From Squalus acanthias (taxonomy: Eukaryota): a DNA stretch of 64,000 nt. A program made the translations under genes and the position numbers. Positions 21,601 to 34,517 of this stretch are shown piece by piece. The notes under the pieces were generated by a model. It had not been told where the DNA came from. It made no database searches and saw only the letters and a program-made list of their open reading frames with translations. The stretch is taken from NCBI GenBank assembly GCA_030390025.1, contig CM059425.1, forward strand, positions 169,324,001 through 169,388,000. The letters are read 5' to 3'. Numbering within the stretch: position 1 is the first letter of the stretch; the number at the start of each line of letters is the position of its first letter.

Positions 21601-22761
21601 GATTCAAATATGTATCTTTACTACCCCCACAGCACTTCAAATTTTCCTTTTTTGAAAAAAGATATCCTTGTCACTACTTTTTAATGCTTTTATAATTATT
21701 TTACTGAGAAGACATCCAACACAGATTCTCCAAGCAGCAATTTATCTTCTAGATTGCCAAAATGGCATTCAAGACTAGCACGAAAGGCACAAAATTGGTC
21801 TCCAGGAAAGACCAATAGAACTCAATGTGCCCCCAGCGACATGAGTATAATTTGGTTAAATATCTTTTTAATTTAATCACTTTATCAAATGATGCAAGAT
21901 TGGCAAACTTAACTAGTTAAAACAAGAGGCAATTGGAAAGGTCCTTGTAACAGTGTGGATCGTTTGCTTGTAGCGCAACAATTAACATAATTACTGCCAT
22001 TTCCCATAAATTATTAAATGTATCTGTAATGCTTTAGCACTCAATGGCTAAAACAGTAATTAAGTCAATTATTAAGGAGTGAACCTAATTAGCTAGTTAT
22101 TTTCCACATGAAATACCCTTGTACTCCATTTGTGCTACAAGTGTACTGTAGGAAATGTAATCCTTAGACTGCAAGCAAGTTTGGAGAAAATCATTTGTTC
22201 AGCTCATGGACTATGACAAAGATATCAATAATATTACAGTTTTATTCTTTCTTTTCCTTATTGTTTTTGACCTATTGTAATGTTGACTTTAATTTGACTC
22301 TTTTCTATCTAGTCCACCTCTATTCTACCTCCAATCTGCTTATTCTAATCCTTGTACTTAATATTTAAAGGCTCAGATAGTTTACTTAATTCTATCTCCT
22401 TCCTCTCACTAATCACTTTGGAGTTTTAGCATTGCTTTTGTAAAAAAGTTTTCATTGATTAAAATAGTCATGAAGAGGATGTTTTCCTCTTTTTTAGTTT
22501 AATAACTGTAGTTCTCTTTAGGGTTTAACAGTCAACATAGTGGCTCTTATTTTCCTGCAGGAAGTATAAATGCATTAGCATGATTGATAGAAAGCGACTC
22601 ACACTTCTCGAGCAGCTAATTTGTCACTAGGTATAACTGATGGAAAGTTTGTAAAATATGTAAAACAGACATGTGATGGCCCCGTGGAGGTAGAGGAAAT
22701 GTAGATTCACCTAAAAGGCTCAGTCTTCCCAAAAAAGGATGTCTCAGGTCTAAAAGAAATT

Positions 22762-23036
22762 GGGACTGATTTTCCTCCCTGCCTGGGTGCTAGTCAGATG
22801 GAGTGCACCACTCCCTGGATATTCACAGTCAAGTTATTTAAATTGGCTAGTTGTTCCCCTGGTGCAATCCACCACCTGGCAGGCTCTTGCATCTGAAAGT
22901 GGGGAAGGAGAGTCTGCTGATGCCACAGGCCTGAGAGCCATATACAGTTACCTCCCACCCACACAGTCTTAGAGTACTTTGATCGTACCCTGCGCCCCCA
23001 CGCGCCCAAAAATGGGCGTGCCCGAATTTCTACCCC
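22762..23036. mobile_element. Short Harbinger-like MITE remnant
   Basis: GGGACTGATTTTC..GAATTTCTACCCC TIR-like ends. Confidence 0.4.
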
Positions 23037-24689
23037 ATGTTGTGAAGTCAGTGGCTGTGCCTGTGCTCCCTCCCGAAAGGCTTAATGAAAAGAAAATTGA
23101 AAGATTAACTTCAGAAAGGCTTCGTCTATGCACAATCTAAAATTTGAAATAAGCAGGGAGTGAAAGCGAATGTAATTTTCCCTTTATTGATGTGATAGCT
23201 CATAGCTCTGGTTTACTTTCCCTGTATGATTTGTCACAGGAATGAGGCAGTTATACAATGTCTTCATTTTTACACTTGTTTGCTTTCTTCCTTGACTTGC
23301 TTTTCATTCAGGCTCTCAACAATCTAGAGAACATAGTGTTTGGAATGGGGTTTGAGTCGAGCTTTTTCCCTGAAGGTGAGAATGAGAAACACACAAGTCA
23401 CTCAGCTCTTGCTACATTAATTTGTGTAAAGATGGTTTCTGAATAATTGCAGTGGAATTCTGGATGTAGCAAAATTAATCTATTATAAAGAAGTTTGAAT
23501 GAAAAAAAATTGTGATATATTAATCAGAAAACAGCTTGAGAAAAAGGGGGAGGGGGGCAGAGAAATCCAGCCTTGTCAATATGAAGAGGAGAAAGATCAG
23601 TCTGTCAATGTGAGTGGTGGAGGGGGAGAAAGCAGCCGTATCAATGTGGGCGGAGGAGTGAGAAGCCAGCTTTGTTAATATGGGGGGAAGAAAGCAAGAA
23701 GAGAGCGTACTGACCTATCAGTGTGGGAAGGGGAGAGAGGAAGGAGAGAGAGAGAGAGAGAAAAGCCTTGTCCACATGAGGGGGCAGGGACAAAATGAAG
23801 ATAAAAAAACAAAAACAGAAAATGTTCAAAATATGCAGTAGGTCAGTCAGCCTCTATAGAGAGAAAAGATTTTTTGTAGAATGCAAGACAGGGAAGGGAG
23901 GGGAAAAAAAATAATTACAATCATGGAGAGGAAATTTATGGGTTAAATGGCCTGCAACCTGCTTAAAAGAGAAGCAGGGGATAGTTCGATGATATTAAAG
24001 ATTGCCTCAATGAAGTAGTGAAAAGTTATTAAAAAAACTAAGTATGCAAATAGCTGAAATGGTAAGAGGCAAGAAATGGGAGAAATTGAAGATTAAAAAC
24101 CCACAAAGCTTGCAGATGTAGGCCAAAAATGAAAATTCAATGCTGGAAACACACAGTAAGTATTGCCGTCCTGCAAGGTGAAAAAAAAAGGCCAACACCA
24201 AGAGCATAAACCTCGCCTGACCAAACTGTGTTCTGACAAAGGATCTGCACTTGAAAAGTTAAGCTGCCTTCCCTCCCCCAGCCCCAGACAGTGACAGGCC
24301 CATCCTTGCATAAAGAAAATGGGGGATATAGGTAAGGTCTGAGGTTACTAACACCAACATCAGAACAGAGGGCTGCAGAGTGACAAGGAGAGGGAGAGGA
24401 GGCAGGAAGGAGAGAGATAGTAGTGTTGTCAATATGTGTGCCTGAGAGGAAGGGCTATGAGAGATCAAGCTTCTCAGTGTGGAAAGCCAATGTGGCATCA
24501 ATATGAATTTGCCCCTCTGGAAGTCATGACTGTGCATTGATACAACATCACTGTTGACTCTGGAAGGCAGAATCAAATTGCAGACAGCCTGGGAATGAAG
24601 CTCATGGTTATCTGCGCGACAGGCAGGCCCTCCACTAGATCATCTTCATTTTCTTTTATTTTTCAACTGCTTTATAGTCAACATTCCTT

Positions 24690-24975
24690 TTGTACCATCT
24701 TCTTCTCCTGCCAATTTTCTCCCCTCTTCTTCACTCCTGAAGGTATTGATTCCTTTGAGGGTACAGTTTCCATTGGCTCCAGGTCATTATTCTTGTATAA
24801 GCCTTGTCACTGAGTGTTGACAGGCTATTCAGCTGTGGGGGCATCAATGCTGAGCCTGACCCTGTCCTGAGTTTGGCTGATTTAGCCCTCCCTAATCCAG
24901 CAGCACCGAGGCTAACTGTACTGCTCCTGCTGCCTTCTCTGCTGAGACCAGCTAGTTCAGCCCAGACCAAGGATT
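24690..24975 (-). mobile_element. Unclassified SINE-like dispersed repeat (related copies ~37345-37770 minus, 43432-43560 plus)
   Basis: Shared blocks such as AGGCTCACAC..GAATGGCCACTT..GAGTCAGCATCTTCAGGA and an A-rich tail. Confidence 0.5.
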
Positions 24976-25982
24976 ACAGCTAGCACATGCCTTATTGGTA
25001 TGACTCAGCAACGTATTGGATAAACTCGGCGAGCCATTGGGCGAGCCTTTGGTTGACACTTCTGCTGTTAGCTTGGTGGACTGGGATGTCAGCGAGTGCA
25101 ATTCAACAAATGTGCTGTATATTAAACAGGAGTCTATTTTAAGGACATTACTGTAATGTGTTGTCATTCTGAGTATTATAATGCTACAGCTGAATAAACA
25201 TTTGGCACTGAATCTCATACAGCTTAATCTTAAAATTTTATCTGATAACAGACATGTGGAATAATGCTGATTATCTCATCTCAAGCGTAAAAGAATTGAA
25301 CATTATTTCTCAGTTAAATGTCAGGATTTGACTGTCGACAATGTGTTCTTCAAGTAGACACTCATTTTTCCATTTTCTCCCCAGTTTTGTCATGTTTTGT
25401 CCTTGCACTTTATACATCTTACCAAGTGCATCCTGTGTCATGTACTTCATGGTAGGTAATTTTTTGTTGTTGCTATCTATCAGTCGATTCCTGTCAGGCA
25501 GCTGTGCGTGTATCCATTCTGTGTGACGTTAACCATCTATACTGCAAATACCACTTTGTACTACAGAAACAATGTTCAGTTGTTTGAATTGGAATTCCAG
25601 TGAATGCATATATAGAAGTACACGAATGGAACAAGAAAAACTTCTGATAACATTTGCAAACATCCCTTAATGCAGATTTTTTAAAAGCTTTACAAAAAAC
25701 AGCTCCATTCTATTTTTGCCTAGTTTCAGTGACTTTTATTTCTCACCCTTTTTTTTCCATGCATGTTCATGCATGAAGCCTTTCTTCCCCTTAGGTGGGT
25801 TGCTCTAACACAGACCAGCAGCAACCAGCCACCACCAGTGGCTTTGATGTTGAGCTGCCAGGAAACATGCAGGAGGGGCCAGGTGGAGACCTTGGGGCTG
25901 GTTTTAACCTGGCCAAATTGGCGTGAACGAGGTGATAACGGCCTCAAAATGGGGTCGGTGGACTTAACGACTCACTAATGCT

Positions 25983-26552
25983 GACAACAACAACAACTTG
26001 CATTTATATAGCACCTTTAACGTAAAATGCACCAAGGGTATTATCAAACAAAATTTGACACCGAGCCACATAAAGAGATATTAGGACAGGTGACCAAAAG
26101 CTCGGTCGAAGATGTAGGTTTTAAGGACTGACTTAAAAGAGGAGAGAGAGGCGGAAACGTTTAGGGAGGGAATTCCAGAGCTTAGGCCCTTGGCAGCTAA
26201 AGCCACGGCTGCCAATGAGGGAGCGATAGAAATCGGGGATGCGCAAGTGGCCATAATTGGAGGAGCGCAGAGATCTCGGAGGGTTGTAGGGCTGGAGGAG
26301 GTTACAGAGATAGGGAGGGGCGAGCCTATGGAGGGATTTGAACACGAAGGTGAGAATTTTAAAATCGAGGTGTTGCCAGACCAGCAGCCACTGTGGGTCA
26401 CCAAGCATAGGGGTGATGGCTGAACAGGACTTGATGCGAGTTAGGATGCGGGCTGCAGAATTTTGGATGAGCGGAGGGTGGTAGGCAGAAGGCCGGCCAG
26501 GGAAGCATCGGAATAGTCGAGTCTGGAGGTAACAAAGGTGTGGATGATGGTC
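25983..26552 (-). mobile_element. L2 LINE 3' fragment
   Basis: LIQNSAARIL..FKIL..KSLH.LAPPYL..RSLRSS; tail CTATATAAATGCAAG(TTG)n. Confidence 0.85.
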
Positions 26553-28439
26553 TGGCCTCATTTGTAAATGAGCATACCACTGGGCAGCCGAAGTGTATGC
26601 ATGTTTCAGGCAGTAGGTCCTTTTAATATGCACATCGGGTTCTGTAATGTACATAAATGGAGTTTCCGCAGCTCTTCTGGTGAAGTTATGGTGGCAGAGC
26701 GGGACCAGCTCCGAGGAAACTTCCTCCCTAGTTCTGCTGTGAGCACTGTATTAAATACCAGTACTGGTGGGAGCATTAGATTAAAATGCCAATACCGGAG
26801 AGCAGTATATTAAATACGTGACTGCTGGGGACACTATATTAAATACCAGGATGTGTAGGGGCAATATTAATAAATGTGAGTGACCATCAGTTATACTTCT
26901 CATATTCAGAGTATTTCACTAATTTATAACTATTCATATCTCTGACATATTTAATGATAAAAGCATAATTGTCATAACCAGAGGGGAAAAAATCAGTAGC
27001 ATCAAGTTATAGTGGGGATATCTGACTTAATTGCAGCTTTGGTCCATCAGAGATTCTGCAGACTGAAAATAAACAATGACATTTAACAAGGGAATGTGGA
27101 CTGGAATGGGCATGTACAAATATACACTGGTGTTATTTCCTCCTGTAACTCAGTTATCCAGTTACTTATTTATCAGCCCATCAAACCCCTTATGAGTTTA
27201 ATAATAAACATCAATTGACAGGTGTCAATGATGAAAAAAAGAGAGAAATATTAAGAGAGTGATGTAATGTTGCTTGAATTTTGTACTGACTGTTGTTAGA
27301 TTGGAAGCTTTGTTCTGAAAATTTTTAATATGGATACTTATTTTTTTTAAACAAACTATCAGTCACTAAACCTGCAGCTCTACTGCAGCTACCTGCCTCA
27401 GACCAACATTTGTGGACTGTGATGCCATTTGCAGACTGGAGTTCTACTGCTGACTGTGTGTGATTCCGATCATGCTGAGCTCACCCACAAAGGAGCTGTG
27501 TCTGTAGATGTCCTCTCAGAGGATGACTAATTAATGTTAGGAGCGAATAGGCAGTAGCATCTATTTTCTTGTAACAAAGATTTTGTACAAATTTGTAAAA
27601 TTCCAGTTGGACTGCATGGAAACTTTTAAAATGCTTTTTTGCACTGAGCTGGTGTTCTACCGCAAGCTGTGCAAACTTGGACAAATAGGAGATGACCTCC
27701 TAGAGAGGACCCCATACCCCGTTAGTGTGTGCAGGCATAAGGTTGGGATCTGACTGTCAAGGTATACTTTTGATTTTTACTGCAATACTTTTGCTTTCAC
27801 ATTGTGTGTTTCTTTCACATTGATGCTAAAGTGGCAGTGTAATTGCAGACCAATTTTCACTTGAAATACTTGAACTGTTTTGTCTGGGCTGGTAGAGTGA
27901 TATTGGGTGTGCACCAAAACAAATACAATTACAAGTACCCAACCCCTGAGGAGGAGGGCCCCACGAGTGAGCATCTCAGTAAAGCATGCGTGTAATATTA
28001 AATGATAATTTGGTTGTCATCATCAATAAGGCAGATAATGTCCTGTGGTGCCCACCGCTCGCAGAAGACTTGGAAAAAACTGGTGGAGACCATGTGATTG
28101 TGCTCCATGGCCACCCAGATGCATACTAGGGCTTAGAATAGCAGCGAGCAGTTGGGGAAACCTTTTCCTCGTGATCGTATGTGGTCAGTGGATTTTGCCA
28201 GGCCCAGGAGCAGACCCACTAAGATGTCCTCTGACCTACTCAACCCTCTGCGCAGTGGGTGACCAAAGATAATGGCAAAAACAGTAGCCAGAAGTTGACG
28301 AACAACCCTTTCAGGGTAATGGAAAAGGAGCTGCAACCTCTGGCACTGTACTTACTTAGGGGAAATGGATTTATCCTTGCTGCAAAATGAGAGCACGGCC
28401 ATGACAGAGAAGTGGCTCAAATATAAGTTTGATGCCACT

Positions 28440-28893
28440 GTTTTATTTTCATTCGTTCATGGGATGTGGGCGTCGCTGACAAGGCCGCCATTTATTGCCT
28501 ATCCTTAATTGCCCTTGAGAAGGTGGCAGTGAGCTGCCACCTTGAACAGTAGAGGGCAGTTAAGAGTCAACCACATTGCTGTGGGTCTGGAGTCACATAT
28601 AGGCCAGACTAGGTAAAGACGGCAGATTTCTTCCCATAAAGGACATTAGTGAACCAGGTACGGTAGCATAGTGGTTATGTTACTGTGAGTTCAAATCCCA
28701 TCATGGCAGCTGGGGAATTTAAATTCAGTTAATTAAATCTGGAATAAAAAGCTAGTATCAGTAATGGTGACCATGAACCTACCGGATTGTTGTAAAAACC
28801 TATCTGGTTCACTAATGTCCTTTAGGGAAGGAAATCTGCCATCCTTACCTGGTCTAGCCTATGTGTGACTTCAGACCCATGTGGTTGACTCTC
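28440..28893. mobile_element. Two inverted copies of a tRNA-derived SINE (minus 28440-28657, plus 28657-28893)
   Basis: A/B-box-like GGTAGCATAGTGG..GAGTTCAAATCCC; TGGTTCACTAATGTCCTTT core in both orientations; 3' tail matches the LINE end at 35361-35468. Confidence 0.75.
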
Positions 28894-30279
28894 ATTTGCA
28901 TATTATTTGTCCATTAAGCTTGCCACAGAAATTTAAGTCTAATAATTAATAGCGTAAGGACCCTTTTAACATAGTGATAATTGTTAATGACTGCCAATCA
29001 ACTGCTCTGGCCCAGAAAGTGAACAATTTAAACTGTGAAGTCTCATTCTTTCAGATTGTTGTTGGAGATTTAAAAATGTCAAATTTATTTATTTTTTCTT
29101 ACTTTTGGTTTCTGTTCTTTTTCTCTTTATCTCTTAACCCAATATTTCTTTTCCTCTCTTTATTTTTCTTTCTGTACCTGCTTTGACATTGAATTCACCC
29201 ACTCTAATTCACCCTCCTTCTCAGTCCTTTCTCTGTTTATTTCTCAATCCTTAAATCCCATTGGTTAAAGAGATACACTGTTGGTCCCGCTGTTCACCAA
29301 GGTCCCAGATGCCCCGTTACCCTCACCACACCGTTATCATCTCACACTTCCAGCAATTAAAAGACCAAACATTTTTGAGCTGAAGGATGCAGAAAAAGTC
29401 TAACTAAGGGGGCATGCTATGAGATGCCCTGCTCCTGAAAATTCTGGCTCATTGTCTTTTTCTAAAGCACACAAATGCTGGTATGGTGATTAATCCTGCA
29501 TTTAATAATGTTACAAAAATATATATATGGCTCAAGGTGTGATAGACAGACCTAATGCTAAAAGCCCTTGTAATATTTCATAGCTTCATTATAGGATTTG
29601 CAATCTAGTCCATAGATTAAAATGGTTAAAATTCCTAAGCAGGAATCTGTAATGTATCACTGTAGCTTTAAGTAAGAGATGACAGATCCATTCCTTTTTA
29701 AAATGTGACACAACGGAGAAAGACTAGCAAATCCAAGCAAAACAGTCAAAGTTGGTGCAAAAGTATGCTATCCAGGACATTCAGAGTTCACAGAGGATTA
29801 CTGAGAAAGTAAAACAGATTATGTTGTGGATTTGTACCATGAAATGCATAGTTCAACAGGTGTACTGGAATATTCCTGTAGTCTAATAGTGAGTTAATGA
29901 TGTACTTAATCCTTAACAAGATGCTTAAAGAATTCCATTCCCTAGTTTAACTTGTTCAAGCTACCATAGTGCTTGGACAGCTCAGAGCAGCCTGCCTTTT
30001 TTTCAGTTTTGAGCATACACAGAATCATGCATTTATTGTTTAAAGAATACTTTAAATCCTTCTGGGCTGCCCAGCAATGTTTTACCACAATAAGCCTATC
30101 ACAGACTCAATGGGGTTGTAAGATACAAGTGCAAGTCCCATAAACATTTTAATGCAAGTTGTCAGATTTAGCGGAATCCAAGAGGAAAGTAGAAATTCCT
30201 ACAAACTTTTGTAAGGATTGGCAATATTACACAAAAGGTACCACATGCACCAGAGAAGAAAAAAAGAGTGAAGATTCTA

Positions 30280-30410
30280 TTGGTACAAACAACAATGAGA
30301 TAAATGACCAGTTAATCTGTTTTGGTGGTGTTGGTTGAGAAATGAATGTTGCCCAGAATATTGGGAGAACTCCCTGTTCTTGTTTGAAAAAATGCTGTAG
30401 GATCTTTATT
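30280..30410 (-). mobile_element. SacSINE1-like core fragment
   Basis: AAATGACCAG.TAATCTGTTTT.GTG.TGTTGGTTGAG Deu-like core. Confidence 0.6.
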
Positions 30411-31282
30411 TATCATCTTGCACCTTCACCACTCAATCCATATTGCACCCTTTTTTATAATATAGAAACCTTACTTTTTATAATAATATAATTTACATAA
30501 ACCACTGATCGGGTAAAAACAGCTTTTATTTCTACCTATATTTACCTCCTCAATGTAAAACAATTCATAGTATCTGTCAAGAACTAATCTGCTTACTGGC
30601 TGATCTCAACACTGGAACTGGGCAAGATCCAGAATTCTGCACTCTTCCCCCCCTCATTGATAAGAACCATTCCATTCTCAAACTCAGGAGCAAGAGTAAA
30701 GATTGAATTGTAATATTGGGTGATATAATATAATCTTTACCTCAGCTCTCTCGTTAAGCACACAATCACTCTTGCTGACAGTGGGGCTGGGAGCTAGAAC
30801 TCGCTGGCAGTGTAATTCGGCACCTTAGCACTGGCTGTTCAGGACTGTTTCGGCAAAAAAAATGGCGGTTGTTTCGCTTCCGCCCACTTCTAGCGTGTCC
30901 TATGCCAGCCGCCATTTTGGGCAGGTCGGCAGTGCGGTCGTTGCCTGCGCTTGCTAGAAAAATGGTAATGAGGCAGATCGTGGTGTCAATCAGTGTGCAA
31001 CGCTGATTTGACGCACGACCTGCTATTTTCGACATTGGCGCTCCATTCAATGCCCTCTCCAAAACACAAACAGCTGAACATGCTGGCACTATTTAAAGGG
31101 ATCATCAACAACTTGTATGTTACTTATTTTTTGATTTCTACTGGCTCTGTGTAAGTTTGTGCAACTGTTTGAAGATTTCTAGAGTTATTTAAAGTTGGTG
31201 AGGTGACAGGGAGTGATGTTGCAAGTGGAGAAGGCCTTGCTTCTGATTTCAAGGATTCTGCTCAGATCATTTGCTCCCAGTC

Positions 31283-32390
31283 ATGGGGGCTCTACTTGTA
31301 GTCCCCCTCACGCTTGCGTATGACAGGGGGATGGAACAGAGGCAGCGAAGAAGAGGACTAGCTTCTCACAGAGGGAGGAGGAGGAGGGGCTGGAGGGCTC
31401 TCAGCAGGAGGCCTTACCCACCTAGGGTCTTCCAAGAGCACTTCTCCTACCTACACTTAAGCTAGGTGTATTAGGAGGCTCCGCTTCACCAAGGAGGTGG
31501 TCACAGAACTCTACCACCTCCTGGAACCAGACCTGCAGCCTCAGAGCAGGGCAACCTCAAGGTCACCGTGTCCCTCAAGTTTTTTGCCAACGGATCCTTC
31601 CAGTCTGGAGCAGGAGACATATCTAATATCTCCCAGTTCACTGTCCATCACTGCATCCGGGAGGTCACAGTGGCTCTGTACTCCAGGGGAAGGGACTTCA
31701 TTGTCTTCTCTCTGAACAGAGAGAAGCAGGAGGAGCGCGCATGTGGCTTTGCCAGGAGATCGGGCTTCCCCATGGTGCAGGGCGCTATCGACTGCACACA
31801 TGTGACTTTGCGGGCACTGCATATCAATCCTGAGATGTACCGCAACCGCAAAGGCTACCATTCACTTAATGTGCAGTTGGTGTGCGACCACGCCCAGCAC
31901 ATTACGACGGTAAATGCCCGCTGTCCTAGCAGCAGTCATGATGCCTTCATCTTGCGCCAGCCCAGTTGTGCCTGCAATCTTTCAGCCATCACGTTGAACC
32001 CGAGGGTGGGTGCTCGGAGACAAGGGCTATCTGCTCTACACCTGGCTGATGACTCCCCTCTACAACCCCACCACTCGTGGCCAGCAATCATATAATGACA
32101 GCCATGCTGCCACGAGGAACCTCATCGACCAGACCATCGGGGTGCTAAAGCAACGGTTCTGCTGCCTTGACCGTTCGGGAGGAGACCTCAAATACACACC
32201 GGAGCAGGTGTCCCATTTCATAGTCTGCTGCATCCTCCACAACCTGGCCATAATGAGGACATCGCCCTTGCCGCCACAGGTGACCACCTCCAGAGGAGGA
32301 GGAGGAGGAGGAAGGGAGGAGGCAGGCAGCAGATCCTGGTTCTGGACGGGCTGTCCGTGAGCACCTCATCAGAATCCAGTTCCCCTGAAT
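31283..32390 (+). pseudogene. Harbinger DDE transposase
   Basis: [48 protein letters not shown]. Confidence 0.9.
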
Positions 32391-32589
32391 GAAACCCCAG
32401 ATCCCCAATGCTCACCACTTCCGCACTTTACCATCTCTCTGTCACGGAACATCACAGCATCTATTGGGCATAAAGCTGAAACGAGAGCTACCACAAAACA
32501 AACATTCAAAACATAATTTATAAATGAATCAATCCAATACTACATGACAAAGTCAACTAATCACCCTTGTGCATTCCCTTGCTGTCTGT

Positions 32590-33640
32590 CTTTCTTTGCC
32601 TGCTCTAGAGCTCCTATGCAGTGCTACCCCAGTGGTTGCAGCATAGTAGCAGGACAGCAGGTTCTTGCTCCACAGAGCCACTGCCACTCCCCCAGGACGG
32701 CGACTCAGCATTCCTAGCCATCTGTTGGAGCACAGATTGCTGGGCTGCTGTGAGACCCTGCAAGCCCCTTTCCACACTTGTAAACCCAACCATGATGGTA
32801 TCAGTCTGAGCTTGCGTGGCAGCGAGCTGAGCCTGCATGAGAGCAGTCTGAGCTTCCACTGCAGCACTCAGACGTTGGGTCACTTCCGCTTGTACTGCAA
32901 TGGAAGCTGCGACATCGCTCATCACACCCAGCATCATGGTTGGCTCCACAAGTGTTCTAATGGAGTTGCCCATCATTTCCATCCTGGAAATCATGGGCTC
33001 CAAGCTCCGCGCAAAGCCCTGTGCAATGTTGGAGCTGGACTCCTCCATACTCCTTGACACTGACAAGAGGCTCTCTGGCTGGCTTGCCATTGCAAAAAGC
33101 ATTTCTGTATGCATGCCCATCACCCTTCTTCTGAAGGCCACCCCATCGAAGTCAGCATCTGAGTCCTGTGCAGCAGAACTTGTGCGCGAACTCGTCCTCC
33201 GAGGAGCTGGCACCCGTGAGATGTGAGTTTTGCAGCAGTGGTAAATGTGTGAGGGTGAAGTGAAGCTATGATTGTGAGGTATGAGTCGTGATTGCTAGAG
33301 ATTGTTGGTAGGTGAGTGAGTGGGGGTGTGGTGCATTGAGCAGTGTATGAGGCTAGTGGGATGTGGCATTTGAAAATGCATTCACTCACCTTGACCACTT
33401 GTGTGAGGCCATTAAACTTCTTGTGGCACTAAATCCAGGTCCTGAGGGCAACACACGTGGCACTGACGACTTGTGCTATCTCCTCCCACTGCCTTCTGGC
33501 TTGCTGCCTGAAAGGGCTCCTGCCCCCCTGCGGGTCGAGGACCTGTCGTTTTCTGTGTACCCCCAAGACCAAGACCTCCAGTGCTGCATCTGAGAACGTC
33601 CTTGCCCTCTCTCTCTTCCCTGTTAGGCCATCGCTTCAGA
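32590..33640 (-). pseudogene. Harbinger Myb/SANT-like accessory gene, decayed
   Basis: Frameshifted Myb exon at ~33390-33630; coiled-coil C-terminal exon ORF 32614-33213 homologous to 48919-49300. Confidence 0.7.
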
Positions 33641-33714
33641 GTAACAATGAGGTGCTTCTGCAGCAAAGCACCTCTCCTTTAAGTAGCGCAGAGAGCCTAG
33701 GCAAAATTATATTA

Positions 33715-33921
33715 TGATGTGGAGATGCCGGTGTTGGACTGGGGTGGACAAATGTGAGAAGTCGCACAACACCAGGTTATAGTCCAACAGCTTTATTTGA
33801 AATCACAAGCTTTCAGAGCGCTGCTCCTTCGTCAGGTGAAGTCTGACGAAGGAGCAGCGCTCCGAAAGCTTGTGATTTCAAATAAAGCTGTTGGACTATA
33901 ACCTGGTGTTGTGCGACTTCT
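33715..33921. mobile_element. Non-autonomous palindromic Penelope derivative with two opposed hammerhead motifs
   Basis: 81-bp arms 33755-33835 / 33843-33923 (1 mismatch), 40-bp tail, 13-bp TSD CAAAATTATATTA. Confidence 0.88.
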
Positions 33922-34517
33922 CAAAATTATATTAGCCAGTAGATTGCACCCAATGTTCCCCCCCCCCCCGCCCCCGTTGAGCGCTAAGCCAACTAACAGT
34001 GTGTTTAGCACTGAGCTCAGCGCTCCAATCATGTAAATGAGCAGGCAGCACGAATTTTGCATGCTTCCTGCACGGCTTTGAACGGGCGCGAGCAGATCGT
34101 GCTTAGTGCTCCCCATGCCCGTTTTTGAGCTTAATCGAATTTCACCTCATCTCTCTCTAGAATTGGGAACTTCTGTATGAACACAAAAGTTCTACCCATT
34201 ATTCATCCCAGCATTCTAGTACTGACTGAGAGTGGGAGTGCTAATGTATTGCGTGTCTGTATGTATTGTTGGGCTAAGCTATGTAACTTTCAATTATTCA
34301 CTACCTTTGTGCTTCATTGACCCTCTGTCATTTCTGGACACTTTGAAGGCTACGTATGACGTAATTCTCCTCAAAGTATCTATGTGCAACAGACTCAGGG
34401 AAAATTATATTGAGCAATCATTCATCTAGTGTTCTTCAATTGTGATTAGGATAAGAAACTTAAAAAATTATTATTGTATATGGTGAAGACTAAACAGATT
34501 GAATCCATGCTTATATC

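Larger units (their letters stand above)
30790..34148. mobile_element. PIF/Harbinger transposon (transposase +, Myb-like gene -), decayed
   Basis: TIR-like ends and convergent two-gene layout. Confidence 0.85.

Noticed and set aside
23555..23790. Degenerate purine-rich ~35-bp repeats (also ~26740-26880 and ~5420-5550)
   Set aside because: Ordinary decayed minisatellite or low-complexity DNA
28895..29450. Possible additional non-autonomous DNA element
   Set aside because: Only one TIR-like end seen; boundaries could not be supported
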